This document shows positions 62,160-64,000 of a DNA stretch of 64,000 nucleotides, piece by piece. Location of the stretch: NCBI GenBank assembly GCA_965248755.1, contig OZ252149.1, positions 2,656,001 to 2,720,000 on the forward strand, given 5' to 3'. Under the pieces are notes generated by a model that did not search any database, was not told where the DNA came from, and worked only from the letters and a program-made list of their open reading frames with translations. This DNA is from Candidatus Latescibacterota bacterium (GTDB lineage: Bacteria; Latescibacterota; CBDEFO01). Numbering within the stretch: the stretch's first letter is position 1; each line of letters starts with the position of its first letter. The position numbers and the translations under genes are program-made.

Positions 62160-62925
62160 TTGGGACGGCTACTCCAAAGAAATAAAAGTTAAAAAAACTG
62201 AATTTAGTAATCTAAAAAGTTATTTAGCTCCACAATCTGATAGTTTTATTTCATCTAATGGAGTTAATTTTTACAAGAAGAGGTTAGGGGAAGCTTTCTT
62301 AAAGTGCTTAAGAATTGCAGGAGTAACTGACGATGGAAGGGCATTCACAGAGAAAAAACTGCATAAATATATATCAGAAAAAAACTCGGATTTTTACCAG
62401 GATTTTAGGGTAAGGCTCGCCAATTGGTGTTTGAAGATACACAGGCAAGAAGAAGTTTTTGAAGAAATAAAACATTATCTAACCAATGAATTTAAGGAGT
62501 TTTTTAATTATCAGGTGAATGTTGAACTTACAATCTTTATAAATTCATCAGATTTGGAAGCGGATGATGAAGAAACCCATTCGAGCAATAACATCTACAA
62601 ATATTCTTCTGGAACAACTGATATCGACATAGAAGTTTCAACTATTCATGGTGTCAAAGGCGAAACCCATACGGCAACATGTTACCTTGAAACTTTCTTT
62701 TATGACTATGACATTAAGCGAATAATAAATTATATAAAGGGAGAGCATACTAAGCCAAAAGAAAGAGTAATTCAAAATCTAAAAATGGCTTTTGTAGGGA
62801 TGTCACGTCCATCTCGTCTCCTTTGCATTGCGGTTCATAAGGATAGTATTACCGGACAAGAAGAAGCACTGCAGAGAAGTGGTTGGGATGTTAATAAGGA
62901 ATTGTTAGCAGGTAGTAATAACTGA
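62160..62925 (+). pseudogene. UvrD/SF1 helicase (GajB-like), C part
   Basis: Continues in frame after the TSD (SYW-DGYSKE..); STIHGVKGETH, FVGMSRP. Confidence 0.85.
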
Positions 62926-62987
62926 AACAAGAAGGCTATTTATAATCGAAGATAGGTGCGATAATCGAAGATGGGTGGTTGCCATAT

Positions 62988-63407
62988 CATACCGTTCCCC
63001 TTCACAGAACGACAGATATTCTGTAAATCGGGGTTCGCGAAGGGCAAGATGTCAGCGCCAGAGCAGAAGACGGCTAGCGCTGGACAACGGTTCGATCTTT
63101 CTTTCTAGATCCTATTTGGTAAGTACCGAATATTAGGGGTTTGTCAAGAATATGTTCCGAGCGGAAAGGCCGATTGGAACGGTGTTGTAGAGCGTTTTTT
63201 CAGGACCCTCAAGCAAGAGTGTGTTTGACTTCACAGCTTCGAATCCTTTGAGCAAGCTGAGAAGATCATATCTCAGTGGATCGATAATTACGACAAGAAC
63301 CGTCTTCATTCATCCCTGGGATACAAGACCCTGCAAGAATGGAGAAAACAATAATATCTGCTACCCCAAGTTGCTTAATCGGTGTCGCTTTCCAGGGGGG
63401 CAGTACA
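62988..63407 (+). mobile_element. Degenerate, internally deleted relative of the IS3 element (420 bp, MITE-like)
   Basis: CATACCGTTCCCC.. and ..GGGGGCAGTACA ends; diverged orfB 3' remnant. Confidence 0.8.
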
Positions 63408-63642
63408 TGTTGATTACGGCGAAGTCTACTCCATTTGTCAACCGTGCTACGTGATTTCCATCCACATCAATGACATCCCATTCCCCGTTGACCACATCCC
63501 ACTTTTCCAGTCCTCCCGATTCAAAATCGTCAGCAAAGAGCGTTTCAGCTGATGGGGTAGGCGCAAAGCCGATTGAACAGATCAAGAACAAAATTATAGT
63601 AGTTCCTGTTCCGGCTATGCTAACGTTAAGCTTTATTGACAT
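63408..63642 (-). pseudogene. Secreted protein N-terminus truncated by the IS remnant
   Basis: Signal peptide + LFADDFESG..W..NGEW. Confidence 0.6.
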
Positions 63643-63901
63643 GGTCTTTTCTCTACTTTGATACGGGAGAAATCTTTTGGAAATTCTTAAGTCCCAGAGT
63701 ATCTCAGTTTCGATGATCAATATAAGTACTCGCTATATGTAAGTCAACTTTTAAAGAGTTTGCTCTTTACTTTGGAGCTTTTTTTTCATATCTTTACAGA
63801 TAAGTGGCGTCTAGAGTCCATAGTTTGGGCATGCCTTTAGAGCTCAGGTAGTAGCTTAGCAAGAGCAGATAAAGAGTTTGGAAAGGAATGGGAGGTCGAA
63901 G

Positions 63902-64000
63902 ATGAAATTAGAAGGCAAAATAGCCATAGTCACAGGCGGCGCAAGCGGGATAGGAAAGGGCATAGTTATGTGCATCGCCCAGGATGGAGCCGATGTAGCG
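63902..64000 (+). CDS. SDR oxidoreductase (3'-partial)
   Basis: GGAGG RBS; MKLEGKIAIVTGGASGIG. Confidence 0.85.
   Translation, partial: MKLEGKIAIVTGGASGIGKGIVMCIAQDGADVA

Noticed and set aside
53468..62987. ATAT after IS3 B matching ATAT before the degenerate IS (integrated circle model)
   Set aside because: A 4-bp AT-rich match is likely chance; the degenerate copy is much older than B and the outer flanks do not match

Overview
Bacterial chromosomal window. The C-terminal FlgD/T9SS-like sorting domain and the gene repertoire suggest an FCB-superphylum, Latescibacterota-like organism (inference). About 1-44 kb is mostly metabolic and housekeeping DNA with many decaying pseudogenes. It holds (i) a SufR-like regulator divergent from a sigma factor, flavin reductase, ATP-grasp, NfuA, radical-SAM SELENOprotein (C-U-A-E-P tail with a SECIS-like hairpin), DUF169 and FIST cluster; (ii) rqcH, guaB3, fadD and an NSS transporter; (iii) a 171-nt 6S-like hairpin RNA candidate; (iv) four tandem paralogous TIM-barrel glycoside-hydrolase-like genes; (v) tRNA-Thr(CGT); and (vi) a frameshifted giant Ig-repeat/dockerin/cohesin secreted protein. 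About 44.6-64 kb is a mobile-DNA hotspot around clpB-dnaK. There are three copies of a 1266-bp IS3 element. Two of them are interrupted at the identical GTCAG site by a 1626-bp IS1380 element, and each IS1380 drags a DIFFERENT captured cargo: 186 bp of an NtrC-like gene, or a 4.66-kb mosaic that includes an archaeal-looking integrase/ATPase module. These composites disrupt a HEPN-nuclease gene and a GajB-like UvrD helicase. A ~21-25 bp palindromic repeat (CCCCGATTGAATCTATCGGGG) is scattered through the window, nests in itself and lies inside open reading frames. All calls come from manual reading and motif recognition; no database searches were run.
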